From IMG/VR virus record IMGVR_UViG_3300034095_001964: 54,493 bases of DNA; one strand, 5' to 3'. How positions within the stretch are numbered: position 1 is the first letter of the stretch; the number at the start of each line of letters is the position of its first letter. Made by a program: the position numbers and the translations under genes. This DNA comes from an uncultured virus (IMG/VR IMGVR_UViG_3300034095_001964) (Duplodnaviria; Heunggongvirae; Uroviricota; Caudoviricetes). The notes beneath the pieces were generated by a model that ran no database searches, was not told the DNA's origin, and saw nothing but the letters and a program-made list of their open reading frames with translations. Of the stretch, positions 40,306 to 48,320 are shown in pieces.

Positions 40306-40352
40306 AGAGTCAACGGTGTATAGCTTAAATATATAAATACACATATACCATT

Positions 40353-41276
40353 ATGTGCTGCATAGCTGTTAAATATATCAAGGGGTATGGTTGGGTTGGC
40401 GCTAAGAACCGCGATCGCAACTATAAGACCGAAATTGAAATTGTCAACTCCAACAGAGAAAACATTCAACGCTTATACATCGATGATCAGACCACTCGTT
40501 GGACCGAAGGCGTCAATGAATATGGCGTAGCAATTATCAGTGCTTCTTTTAGTGTCAAAAGCGACGAAAAAGAAGGCGGTAAAGTATTGGCCAAGAAGGG
40601 TAAAAACGGCAAAAAGAAAGCAATGATATCACCGGACGGCCTTGCTATTCGCAACTCATTGCTCTGTAAGGACCCTAAGAGCGCAGCAAAGATGCTTATT
40701 GAAAAGGAACTTGCTGGTGCAACTTTTATTTTTAACAGCGACAAATGCTATCTTCTTGAAGGCGGATTTACTGTTAAGAAAGCCGATAGCACCAGTAAGA
40801 AGCCGCGCAAATATATTTACAACTTAAAGGAAATATCTAAAGACGAGAATCATTGTGTTCGCACCAATCATGGTATTGATCTTCCGCAGCTAGGGTATAG
40901 CGCAAATGCTACCGACCCAAAAATAATTGAATCAAGAAAAAGTAGCGAAGAGCGTTGGAAAATAATCAACAACTACTTGCGTGACATTGAGATTAATGAC
41001 CCAGTTGACTTTCTTGAGGCAATGAGCCAAAAGCCAAATGATGACGCATTTATGAATCCAGTGCGCATGGGTGACCCAAGCAAAGGTGACATGGTTACAA
41101 CTGGTCAGTTGCTTATCAACAGTAAAGAACGCACTCTACACTATCGCCCAATTTACAGCAGTGTTCATTTTAGTTATGACAAACTAAATGGTCAAACTGC
41201 AAAGACTTTCTTTGAAATTATTAGTTCACGCAAATTGCTTTCTTTTAAAGAATTTGCGTCTAATAAGAATAAATAG
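40353..41276 (+). CDS. Ntn-hydrolase-like protein (N-terminal Cys nucleophile)
   Basis: MC start, AKNRDR, EGVNEYGV, VRTNHG; TATAAATA at 40332-40339. Confidence 0.7.
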   Translation: MCCIAVKYIKGYGWVGAKNRDRNYKTEIEIVNSNRENIQRLYIDDQTTRWTEGVNEYGVAIISASFSVKSDEKEGGKVLAKKGKNGKKKAMISPDGLAIRNSLLCKDPKSAAKMLIEKELAGATFIFNSDKCYLLEGGFTVKKADSTSKKPRKYIYNLKEISKDENHCVRTNHGIDLPQLGYSANATDPKIIESRKSSEERWKIINNYLRDIEINDPVDFLEAMSQKPNDDAFMNPVRMGDPSKGDMVTTGQLLINSKERTLHYRPIYSSVHFSYDKLNGQTAKTFFEIISSRKLLSFKEFASNKNK

Positions 41277-41342
41277 ATTTGTGACGAGGTTGGTCGCAAA
41301 GACAAATGCCGTTTCGGGTTTGCCTACCACATAAACCATAAA

Positions 41343-41358
41343 CTTGCTTAATAAGGAG
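41343..41358 (+). promoter_or_regulatory. ROSE-like RNA thermometer hairpin over the hsp20 Shine-Dalgarno
   Basis: CUUGCUU-AAU-AAGGAG: a U(U/C)GCU motif pairing with AGGAG, leaving a bulged G. Confidence 0.55.
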
Positions 41359-41368
41359 TTATATACAC

Positions 41369-41770
41369 ATGAAAATAAATACACTAGCCCCCTGGGGCAT
41401 TGGGTTCGATCGAGTCTTTGCAGACTTTGATGTCGCGTTTAAGGAAAATGCACAGGTATACCCACCGCATAATGTTGTCAAGATTGATGACGATTCGTTC
41501 TTGGTTGAACTTGCGGTTGCGGGATTCTCTATTGAGGATCTTAGCATTGAAACTGTTGAAAATTCGCTGGTGGTTACTGGTGAACACAGTGAAGATGACA
41601 CACGGGAATATACGCACAAAGGTATCAGCACGCGCCGGTTTACGCGCAAGTTTACATTGGCCGAATATGTCAATGTTGGTGAAGCGTCACTTACTAATGG
41701 TATCTTAAGCATCGCTCTTAAGCGAGTGATTCCTGATGTGAAAAAGCCACGCACTATTGCTATCAAGTAA
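41369..41770 (+). CDS. hsp20: Small heat-shock protein Hsp20 (IbpA-like)
   Basis: IGFDRVF, YPPHNVVK, ELAVAGF, HKGISTRRFTRKFTLAE, NGILSI.L.R.IP. Confidence 0.95.
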   Translation: MKINTLAPWGIGFDRVFADFDVAFKENAQVYPPHNVVKIDDDSFLVELAVAGFSIEDLSIETVENSLVVTGEHSEDDTREYTHKGISTRRFTRKFTLAEYVNVGEASLTNGILSIALKRVIPDVKKPRTIAIK

Positions 41771-41790
41771 AGCGGAGCAAAATAAAACCC

Positions 41791-41837
41791 AATCGGCCCA
41801 GTTTGTAGTTTACATCTGGGCCGATTTAGTTTATAAT
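41791..41837 (+). promoter_or_regulatory. Early promoter of gp43A overlapped by an inverted repeat/terminator
   Basis: TTTACA 41809-14, 17 nt, TATAAT 41832-37; AATCGGCCCAG/CTGGGCCGATT arms enclose the -35 box. Confidence 0.7.
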
Positions 41838-41845
41838 AACATATA

Positions 41846-43354
41846 ATGATTAACGGATTCTATACTTGCATCGACCGTCACATGAATTCACTGCGCTACA
41901 GAGGCTATGATGACGAAGGTAAAAAGGTTTACAACAGTTACAAATTCCGTCCAGTAATGTATCTGGAAAGTAAAGATAAAGCTGCAAAGTGGCGTAGCCT
42001 TGAAGGGCTCCCGCTTGAGCCGATGAGATTTAACAGCATGAGCGAATGCCGCGAGTTTGCAAAAAGCTATGAAGGTGTTCCTAACTTTAAGATTTACGGA
42101 AATGACCGTCACATTCCTGCATTTATTCAGGCGGAGTTTCCCAATGAAATTGTGTATGACCGTCGTCTTATTGACATTGCATACATCGATATTGAAACTG
42201 CTTATGGTGTAATCCCAGGCGTGACAACCACAAGTTTCCCTGAGCCTAGTGAGGCGCGGCATAGCGTGCTGACCATTGCACTAAAGAGCAGCAGAGCTGA
42301 GCAATACATTGTGTGGGGACTAAAGGATTATGACAGCAGCGCTAGCAGCGTCCCTCATCTCAAAAAGGAATATCGCCAATTTGAAACCGAAGGTGAAATG
42401 CTGTTGGACTTCATTGCATGGTGGAGCGACACTCTCAATACTCCAGATGTAATTACCGGCTGGAATACCACACTCTTTGATGTTCCTTATCTTGTGAATC
42501 GTATTAGTAGAGTATTGGGCAGTGATGAAGCTAGCAAGCTGAGCCCATGGGGCAAGATTGAGCAAAAGACGGTTACTGTGAAAGGCCGTGAGAATACTCT
42601 CTATAACATCGCCGGCATTCAGCAACTTGACTATATGGACTTGTTCCAAAAGTTTACGCTCAACACCTATGGCAAGCAGGAAAGCTACAAGTTGGACAAC
42701 ATTGCTGAAGTAGTGCTTGGTCAAAACAAGTTGGACTATGGCGAAGAAGGCACGCTAGCCAAACTGTATGAGCGGGATTTTCAAAAGTTTGTGGACTACA
42801 ACATTGTCGACGTTGAACTTATTGAACGATTTGAAGCTAAGCTAGGATTGATTAACCTTGTGTTTACGCTTGCATATTTTGGTGGTGTCAACTATAGTGA
42901 TACATTGGGTACGGTTGCCATTTGGGATAGCATTATCTTCCGTCGCCTTGCATTAAAAAAGATTGCGGTTCCGCCAAGTCGCCCAAGTCAAAAGGTTAGC
43001 TACCCAGGCGGATTTGTCAAGGAGGTGGTGCCGGGCATGTATGATTGGGTTATGAGTTTTGACCTTAACAGCCTTTACCCCAACATCATTATTCAGTACA
43101 ACATGAGTCCTGAAACACTTGTGCGGCACATGCATCTACCAAGCATGAATCCTGATGTTGTATTGGCCAACAAGACGCACATCAGCCCTGAGTCTAATCT
43201 TGCGGTTGCTGCAAACGGCGCATGCTTCCGTCGTGATAAGCAAGGATTCCTTCCAGAGATTATTGAGGAGCTATACAATCGTCGCGTTGGCATTAAAGCT
43301 GAGATGATTCGCAAGAAGAAGGAAAAGGAAACGCTGCTTAGGGCAGCTGAGTAG
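41846..43354 (+). CDS. gp43: DNA polymerase gp43, N-terminal part (gp43A: exonuclease, palm motif A, first finger helix)
   Basis: DIET, GWNTTLFDVPYL, YNIVDV, SFDLNSLYP, GFLPEIIEELYNRR; ends in TAG before motif B. Confidence 0.95.
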   Translation: MINGFYTCIDRHMNSLRYRGYDDEGKKVYNSYKFRPVMYLESKDKAAKWRSLEGLPLEPMRFNSMSECREFAKSYEGVPNFKIYGNDRHIPAFIQAEFPNEIVYDRRLIDIAYIDIETAYGVIPGVTTTSFPEPSEARHSVLTIALKSSRAEQYIVWGLKDYDSSASSVPHLKKEYRQFETEGEMLLDFIAWWSDTLNTPDVITGWNTTLFDVPYLVNRISRVLGSDEASKLSPWGKIEQKTVTVKGRENTLYNIAGIQQLDYMDLFQKFTLNTYGKQESYKLDNIAEVVLGQNKLDYGEEGTLAKLYERDFQKFVDYNIVDVELIERFEAKLGLINLVFTLAYFGGVNYSDTLGTVAIWDSIIFRRLALKKIAVPPSRPSQKVSYPGGFVKEVVPGMYDWVMSFDLNSLYPNIIIQYNMSPETLVRHMHLPSMNPDVVLANKTHISPESNLAVAANGACFRRDKQGFLPEIIEELYNRRVGIKAEMIRKKKEKETLLRAAE

Positions 43355-43356
43355 AT

Positions 43357-43364
43357 TATAAATA
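43357..43364 (+). promoter_or_regulatory. Late promoter for the endonuclease between the polymerase halves
   Basis: TATAAATA 8 nt before ATG 43373. Confidence 0.75.
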
Positions 43365-43372
43365 ACATTGTT

Positions 43373-44278
43373 ATGAATAGACTTGAGAAACAGATGCAGA
43401 CGTTAACACAACACGGCAATGACTTTGTACATCGTATCAAAAATGGCGAGAATTTAAAGGACGTATGCAAATCATATGACATCATGTATAATGGCTCACT
43501 TAAAATTCTTAAAAATTTTGGATTTGATGTTAATAAGCGCTGTTATATTCCACAAAAACAAATCATAATTAGTGATGATGAATTAAACCAAGTAATTTTT
43601 GCGATTAAAACACAAGGTGAATCGCTTCGTAATTTTTCTAAAGAGCATAATTTAAATTATTCTGCTTATTATAAAGCTATTAAGAACTGTTCACCTGAGG
43701 TTCTTAATATGAAAAAATCTTTGGCTGTTCGTAAACGGCAGTCTATCGGTAAAGAAAAATTAAACTTTACACAGGAGGTAGATATTGTTAGACGATATAC
43801 AAAAGACAACGAATCTTCTTATGCAATAGCAGATGTGTACGGTGTATCGGCAAATACTATATTGCGTATTCTTCGTAAGCATGATGTCGCACTTAACCAA
43901 CAGAGCATATATTGGACAGATGATCGTCGAGCTCAAGCTAGACAATATATGCATAATAGAATGTTTTCAAATCCTAGGTATAAAGACACCAGCATCGAGA
44001 GGATGTTTATGAAATTTTGTGATGACCATAAAATTTTGTATTTTAAACAATACCAAATAGAAGATGGAACACATAAATTTGATTTTAAAATTGGTGGGAC
44101 TAATCTGCTCGTTGAGACGGATGGATCATATTGGCATTCAACAGCAGACCAGATTACCAAGGACGCTATGTTTGATCTATACGCAAGCTCTCATGGGTAT
44201 AAAGTAATGCGTTTGACTGATACTGAAATTTATGATACTAATGGTGAATGTTTTAGTAAAATTCTAGTTTACATTTAA
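43373..44278 (+). CDS. Free-standing homing endonuclease, Vsr/DUF559 (EDxHD)-type with N-terminal HTH repeats
   Basis: TSIE...FDFKI....LVETDGSYWH...KD......GYKVMRL; HTH SSYAIADVYGVSANTILRIL; AT-rich. Confidence 0.85.
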   Translation: MNRLEKQMQTLTQHGNDFVHRIKNGENLKDVCKSYDIMYNGSLKILKNFGFDVNKRCYIPQKQIIISDDELNQVIFAIKTQGESLRNFSKEHNLNYSAYYKAIKNCSPEVLNMKKSLAVRKRQSIGKEKLNFTQEVDIVRRYTKDNESSYAIADVYGVSANTILRILRKHDVALNQQSIYWTDDRRAQARQYMHNRMFSNPRYKDTSIERMFMKFCDDHKILYFKQYQIEDGTHKFDFKIGGTNLLVETDGSYWHSTADQITKDAMFDLYASSHGYKVMRLTDTEIYDTNGECFSKILVYI

Positions 44279-44296
44279 TGAATATCTTGATATAAT
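44268..44296 (+). promoter_or_regulatory. Sigma70-like promoter for gp43B, overlapping the endonuclease 3' end
   Basis: TTTACA 44268-73, 17 nt, (TGA)TATAAT 44291-96; ATG 5 nt downstream. Confidence 0.75.
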
Positions 44297-44301
44297 AATT
44301 T

Positions 44302-45635
44302 ATGAACGAAAACAAAAAAAATATAAGAGACAAACTTTCAGCACTTGATTCTGATATTGCTAGGCTTGATACCGAGCAAATGTGTATAAAGATCCTAAAC
44401 TAATTGGGCGATTATGCAGTAATGCATAATATGAATTGGGTGAATTCAGGGAAGGCTTTAACATGCTAATCCTGAGCCAAGCTTTACAATAGTAAAGAAG
44501 GTGCAACGACTATCCAGCAATGGAGTAGAAACCAAGTGGTTTCGAAGCGCCCGACGTCCGTTTGACGGATGATGATATAGTCTGAACTTTACGCGAAAGC
44601 GTAAGTAGGTTTAAACCTAGACGAAATTAACGATTTTGTTTAACATAATGAATGAACTCACTTTACGGTGCTATCGGCAACAACTATTTCCGCTACTTTG
44701 ATATTGCAGTTGCTGAAGGCATTACACTTACAGGCCAGTTGGTTATTCGCTGGGCTGAAGAGCATGCTAATGTTTGGCTTAGCAAATATCTTAAGGATGA
44801 AGGCGTTGTGGATCGAGTTATTGCAGCCGACACGGACAGTTTGTATATTCACATGAAGGATGTGATTGATCGCTTTAAGCCCAACAACCCAGTTGCATTT
44901 CTTGATGAATTTGGCAGCAAGGCCGTTGAGCCAATGCTGGCTAAAGCATTTGCAAATTTGGCCGATCTTACCAATGTTTATAAGCCAGCGATGGTTATGA
45001 AGCGGGAGGCTATTGCTGACCGTGGAATCTGGACTGCCAAGAAGCGATACATTCTTAATATTCACAACAATGAAGGCGTTCAATACACCGAGCCTAAAAT
45101 CAAGATGATGGGTATTGAAGCAATCAAGAGCAGTACTCCTAAAGTATGCCGTGGCGCATTCAAGGAAATCTTTAAGATTATTATCAATGAGGATGAAGCC
45201 AAGACACAGGCTGCAATCAAGCTGTTCCGCGCGCATTTTGCAACCATTCCAATCGAACAGGTTGCTTTTCCTCGAGGCATTACTGATATTGTAAAGTGGC
45301 GTGATAAACAAACCATCTATAAGAAAGGTACACCAATGCATGTGCGTGCTGCTCTAATGTATAATCATATGCTTAAGCAGAAAGGATTGGCTGATACATA
45401 TCAACCAATTCAAAGTGGTGACCGTATCAAATACATTCCACTTAAGATGCCTAACCCAACAGCCGAAAATGTTATTGGATTTGTGGATACACTGCCAGCT
45501 GAATTTGATATGAACAAGTATGTCAATTATGATCATCAATTCAACAAGACTTTCATTGAACCACTTGAGCTGATTCTTGATGCAATTGGCTGGAGCGCAG
45601 AACCACGTGCAACTCTTGATGATTTCTTTAACTGA
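44302..45635 (+). CDS. gp43: DNA polymerase gp43, C-terminal part (gp43B), spliced: join(44302..44396,44651..45635), 359 aa
   Basis: Exon 1 MNENKKNIRDKLSALDSDIARLDTEQMCIKI+CT joins exon 2 A+ATG AAC to restore KILMNSLYG (motif B); then ADTDS, AKKRY, MGIEAIKSSTP and the PIP-like TLDDFF. Confidence 0.88.
44397..44650 (+). ncRNA. Group I self-splicing intron (254 nt, no ORF)
   Basis: Exon ends in U; P1 CCUAA/UUGGG with U.G at the splice site; P2 AUUAUGC-AGUAAU-GCAUAAU; P3 UUGGGUG/CGCCCGA; P4 UCAGG/CCUGA; P7 GACUA (44508-12)/UAGUC (44578-82); P9 UUACGC-GAAA-GCGUAA; terminal G at 44650. Confidence 0.92.
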
Positions 45636-45646
45636 TAAATTACTAT

Positions 45647-46159
45647 ATGAATACTACAAACACACAAGACAGTCATATGCAAAGACAAGCAACACATCGA
45701 TGGGAACAAATAAAAGAAGTGTGGAGCCGCGGAAAAAATGTTGAAGAAGACGTTAGTACCGATATGCACATGATGCATCAGTATTATGGAGTCAATGACG
45801 CCGTTGAAAACTTATCACCGGCTGATTTGGCTAGCTTTATCCGATTCCGTTATGACTTTTTGCAGGAAGAAGTTAATGAAGGTAAGGCCGCAATCATTGA
45901 GCGCAACAGCGAAGAAATTGTTGACAGCCTCATTGATATTATTGTGGTTGCGGCTGGAACTCTTGACCTGCTTCAAGTTGATTTTCAAAAAGCCTGGTTT
46001 GAAGTGCTGCGTGCAAACATGACTAAGCAGGTTGGAGTTAAAGCTAGCCGGCCAAACCCACTTGGATTACCAGATTTAGTAAAAATGCCAGGCTGGACAC
46101 CTCCATCTCATGAGGACAACTATGGCCTTGTTGAAAAAGCATTTGCTGACCGCGCATGA
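45647..46159 (+). CDS. MazG/all-alpha NTP pyrophosphohydrolase-like protein
   Basis: FRYDFLQEEVNE...EEIVDSLIDIIVVA.GTLD...EVLRANMTK...PDLVK. Confidence 0.8.
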   Translation: MNTTNTQDSHMQRQATHRWEQIKEVWSRGKNVEEDVSTDMHMMHQYYGVNDAVENLSPADLASFIRFRYDFLQEEVNEGKAAIIERNSEEIVDSLIDIIVVAAGTLDLLQVDFQKAWFEVLRANMTKQVGVKASRPNPLGLPDLVKMPGWTPPSHEDNYGLVEKAFADRA

Positions 46160-47097
46160 AGTATAGATTAACCATCTTTAAAAGCATCTATGACAACAAG
46201 ACGCATCGTCAACTGACGTTTGACACCTGGGACGCATTTGAAAGTTTGTTGTATAAGCTAAGCAATCAGCCAGGCTACAAGCCCAAGAAGGACGAGCGTA
46301 AAGATGGCAGCGCTCTTATCAGCCCAGCTGTATTTCCAACTGGCACAACTCGTGCAAATGCTAATGTAAGTGTATGGGGAGGCTGGGCCGCACTTGATGT
46401 TGACACTTATGAAGGACATTGGATGGATGCTATAAGCGTGTTTAGAGATGTACGATATGTGTGTTATAGCTCTGCCAGTTCAACCGACGAACATCCTAAG
46501 TTTAGAGTGGTGCTCCCGCTAACATGTGAAGTACCGGCTGATCGTATACGTCACCTGTGGTATGCGCTAAATAAAGAGTACAATGGTTTAGGAGATCCTC
46601 AAACAAAAGATCTTAGCCGCATGTATTATGTGCCGGCTGATTACCCAGGCAGCAAAAAGTTTATCTTTAGCAACAGCGATGCGCCATTCATTGATCCATA
46701 TGAGATTATGGCAAAGCATCCATGGAGCGGAAATGTTGCGCGCTTGTCGTTGTCTGATAAACTACCTGAGGAAATGCGTCGTAAGATTGAGCAGTACCGC
46801 AAAGAAAAGCTCAACAACACCAGTTACCGTTGGTCGTCATACTCCGATTGCCCTTTTGTAAACAAGCGAATGGTTGCGGAATATCGTACAATACAAGAAG
46901 GCGGCTGGTATCACATGATGTATAAAATTATGATGAGTATTGCCTCAAGTGCAATGAAACGTGGTTATCCTATTACACCATCTGAAGTTGCCAAGCTGTG
47001 TAAAGATATAGACAATGATACTGGCGGCTGGTATAAGAACCGGCCTATGGAAAATGAAGCTAGCCGTGCTATTGACTTTGCCGTACGAAGTTTATAA
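46156..47097 (+). CDS. AEP/PrimPol-like primase domain protein
   Basis: WAALDVD, YSSASS..HPKFRVVLPL, DPQTKDLSRMYYVP. Confidence 0.7.
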   Translation: MKYRLTIFKSIYDNKTHRQLTFDTWDAFESLLYKLSNQPGYKPKKDERKDGSALISPAVFPTGTTRANANVSVWGGWAALDVDTYEGHWMDAISVFRDVRYVCYSSASSTDEHPKFRVVLPLTCEVPADRIRHLWYALNKEYNGLGDPQTKDLSRMYYVPADYPGSKKFIFSNSDAPFIDPYEIMAKHPWSGNVARLSLSDKLPEEMRRKIEQYRKEKLNNTSYRWSSYSDCPFVNKRMVAEYRTIQEGGWYHMMYKIMMSIASSAMKRGYPITPSEVAKLCKDIDNDTGGWYKNRPMENEASRAIDFAVRSL

Positions 47098-47106
47098 ATA
47101 ACGGAT

Positions 47107-47277
47107 ATGGCTAAGAATAAAAAACAAATTGCTGAAGAAGAAACCGTGGACGCAGTTGAAGAAACTACGGTTGCAACACCGGCTGAATATGCTAAACCTA
47201 AGCTCTCGGACGCGCAAATTAAACAATTGCTGAAAGACTATAGTAAAGTTACTCTAAAAGCTCGCGGAATCATCTGA
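47107..47277 (+). CDS. Small late protein (56 aa), not in the ORF track
   Basis: MAKNKKQIAEEETV...LKARGII; TATAAATA at 47093-47100. Confidence 0.65.
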   Translation: MAKNKKQIAEEETVDAVEETTVATPAEYAKPKLSDAQIKQLLKDYSKVTLKARGII

Positions 47278-47345
47278 TTCACCAAAACCGCAAAAGGCCT
47301 CGGCGTCTGCAAAACTCTTGCGGCCCGAGGATTTTTTGTGCTGGC

Positions 47346-47432
47346 GTAACTCGTTGGTAATCAATAAAAATGAAAAAATATGCATTTTTACTCAAAAAAG
47401 TCCTGTACAAGTAGGATTTTTTAGTGTATAAT
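47346..47432 (+). promoter_or_regulatory. Early promoter cassette
   Basis: GTAACTCGTTGGTAATCAAT, then GAAAAAATATGCATTTT.ACT.AAAAAAGTCC, TGTACA 47404-09, 17 nt, TATAAT 47427-32; near-duplicate of 51905-51989. Confidence 0.75.
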
Positions 47433-47460
47433 AATCTTGTAAGGCGACAATAACTACACT

Positions 47461-47661
47461 ATGAAAAATACTTCCACTCCTGCTCTCACCGCTCGTAAAA
47501 ATCTCATTGCTCAAATTGCTCAACGCCATGCCGCTGACCGCGAATTTGTGAAAAGTGTTGCTGTTAAGCAAAGCACCGATACTGAAAGCGAATATCAAAG
47601 TGTCATTACCGAAGAATTTGACCGACTGCAAAAAGCAAGCATCAACACCTCTGGTTTTTAA
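47461..47661 (+). CDS. Hypothetical early protein
   Basis: First ORF after the promoter. Confidence 0.6.
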   Translation: MKNTSTPALTARKNLIAQIAQRHAADREFVKSVAVKQSTDTESEYQSVITEEFDRLQKASINTSGF

Positions 47662-47662
47662 T

Positions 47663-47797
47663 ATGAAAAAGAACAAGACAGTTACATTTGACTATAGCCC
47701 AATTGCACTGCGTGCGTTGACGCGCCACAAATGTGCGCCAGCTACAGTTTACTTTAAAGACCGAAAAAAAGAAGGCTCAAAGAAAGCCTGCCGATAA
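47663..47797 (+). CDS. Small basic hypothetical protein
   Basis: MKKNKTVTFDYSPIALRALTRHKCAPATVYFKDRKKEGSKKACR; tightly packed between neighbours. Confidence 0.5.
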   Translation: MKKNKTVTFDYSPIALRALTRHKCAPATVYFKDRKKEGSKKACR

Positions 47798-47805
47798 AAT
47801 ACATT

Positions 47806-47991
47806 ATGAAAATCGCACTAGTTACAGCAATCGCTTCACTCTCGCACATTGGCGTTTACCTGCTTGTTCGTCAAGCAAACGTTATTCCTCAGGAGTTGAA
47901 TGTGTACGCATTGTGGGCCTCGCTTGCGCTTACCTTCTCTTTCAGTTTTACTGCTACTCTCAATCAAGCCGTGGTTAACGGCGCTCGCTAA
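47806..47991 (+). CDS. Small membrane protein
   Basis: Two hydrophobic segments. Confidence 0.55.
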   Translation: MKIALVTAIASLSHIGVYLLVRQANVIPQELNVYALWASLALTFSFSFTATLNQAVVNGAR

Positions 47992-48010
47992 TTTTTACAC
48001 ACACTATATT

Positions 48011-48310
48011 ATGACTAAAGACATTGACGAATTGTTTGACACCTACTTTGAACAACAATACCCAGGCCCGTGCCGCACCGCTGGATGGACCGGCGTGAAC
48101 AATCTTGAAAAGCTTTGTGGCGATCTGGGTTATGGCGGAGGCTCAATCTCTATTGTAAATTTTCTTGCTGATAACCAGCGAGCAATCGAGATGCTGTTAG
48201 CATTGATTCGCAACGGTGTGTGCGACCCATACAACATGAGCTGGGCCGAAGCACTCAATCTTGAGCGCTATCAAGATGAAGCAAATGACGGCGCCGTGTC
48301 CAGCAACTAA
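48011..48310 (+). CDS. Hypothetical protein
   Basis: Start at ATG 48011; GVNNLEKLC..LGY...I.NFLADN..AIE. Confidence 0.6.
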   Translation: MTKDIDELFDTYFEQQYPGPCRTAGWTGVNNLEKLCGDLGYGGGSISIVNFLADNQRAIEMLLALIRNGVCDPYNMSWAEALNLERYQDEANDGAVSSN

Positions 48311-48320
48311 TATATAAACC

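Noticed and set aside
43352..43375. TAG read-through or recoding: the endonuclease is in frame with gp43A, which could suggest an intein
   Set aside because: There are no intein terminal motifs, the endonuclease ends in TAA out of frame with gp43B, it has its own late promoter, and TAG ends gp13 and gp20 at their expected positions.
43340..44310. T4 gene 60-style ribosomal bypass
   Set aside because: The gap is about 950 nt, far longer than the known 50-nt hop, and an independent promoter and start explain gp43B.
43355..44650. Treating the whole insert as one large intron containing the endonuclease
   Set aside because: 44302-44396 encodes a needed polymerase helix and has its own promoter. 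All intron core elements lie within 44397-44650 and splice in frame only to that exon.
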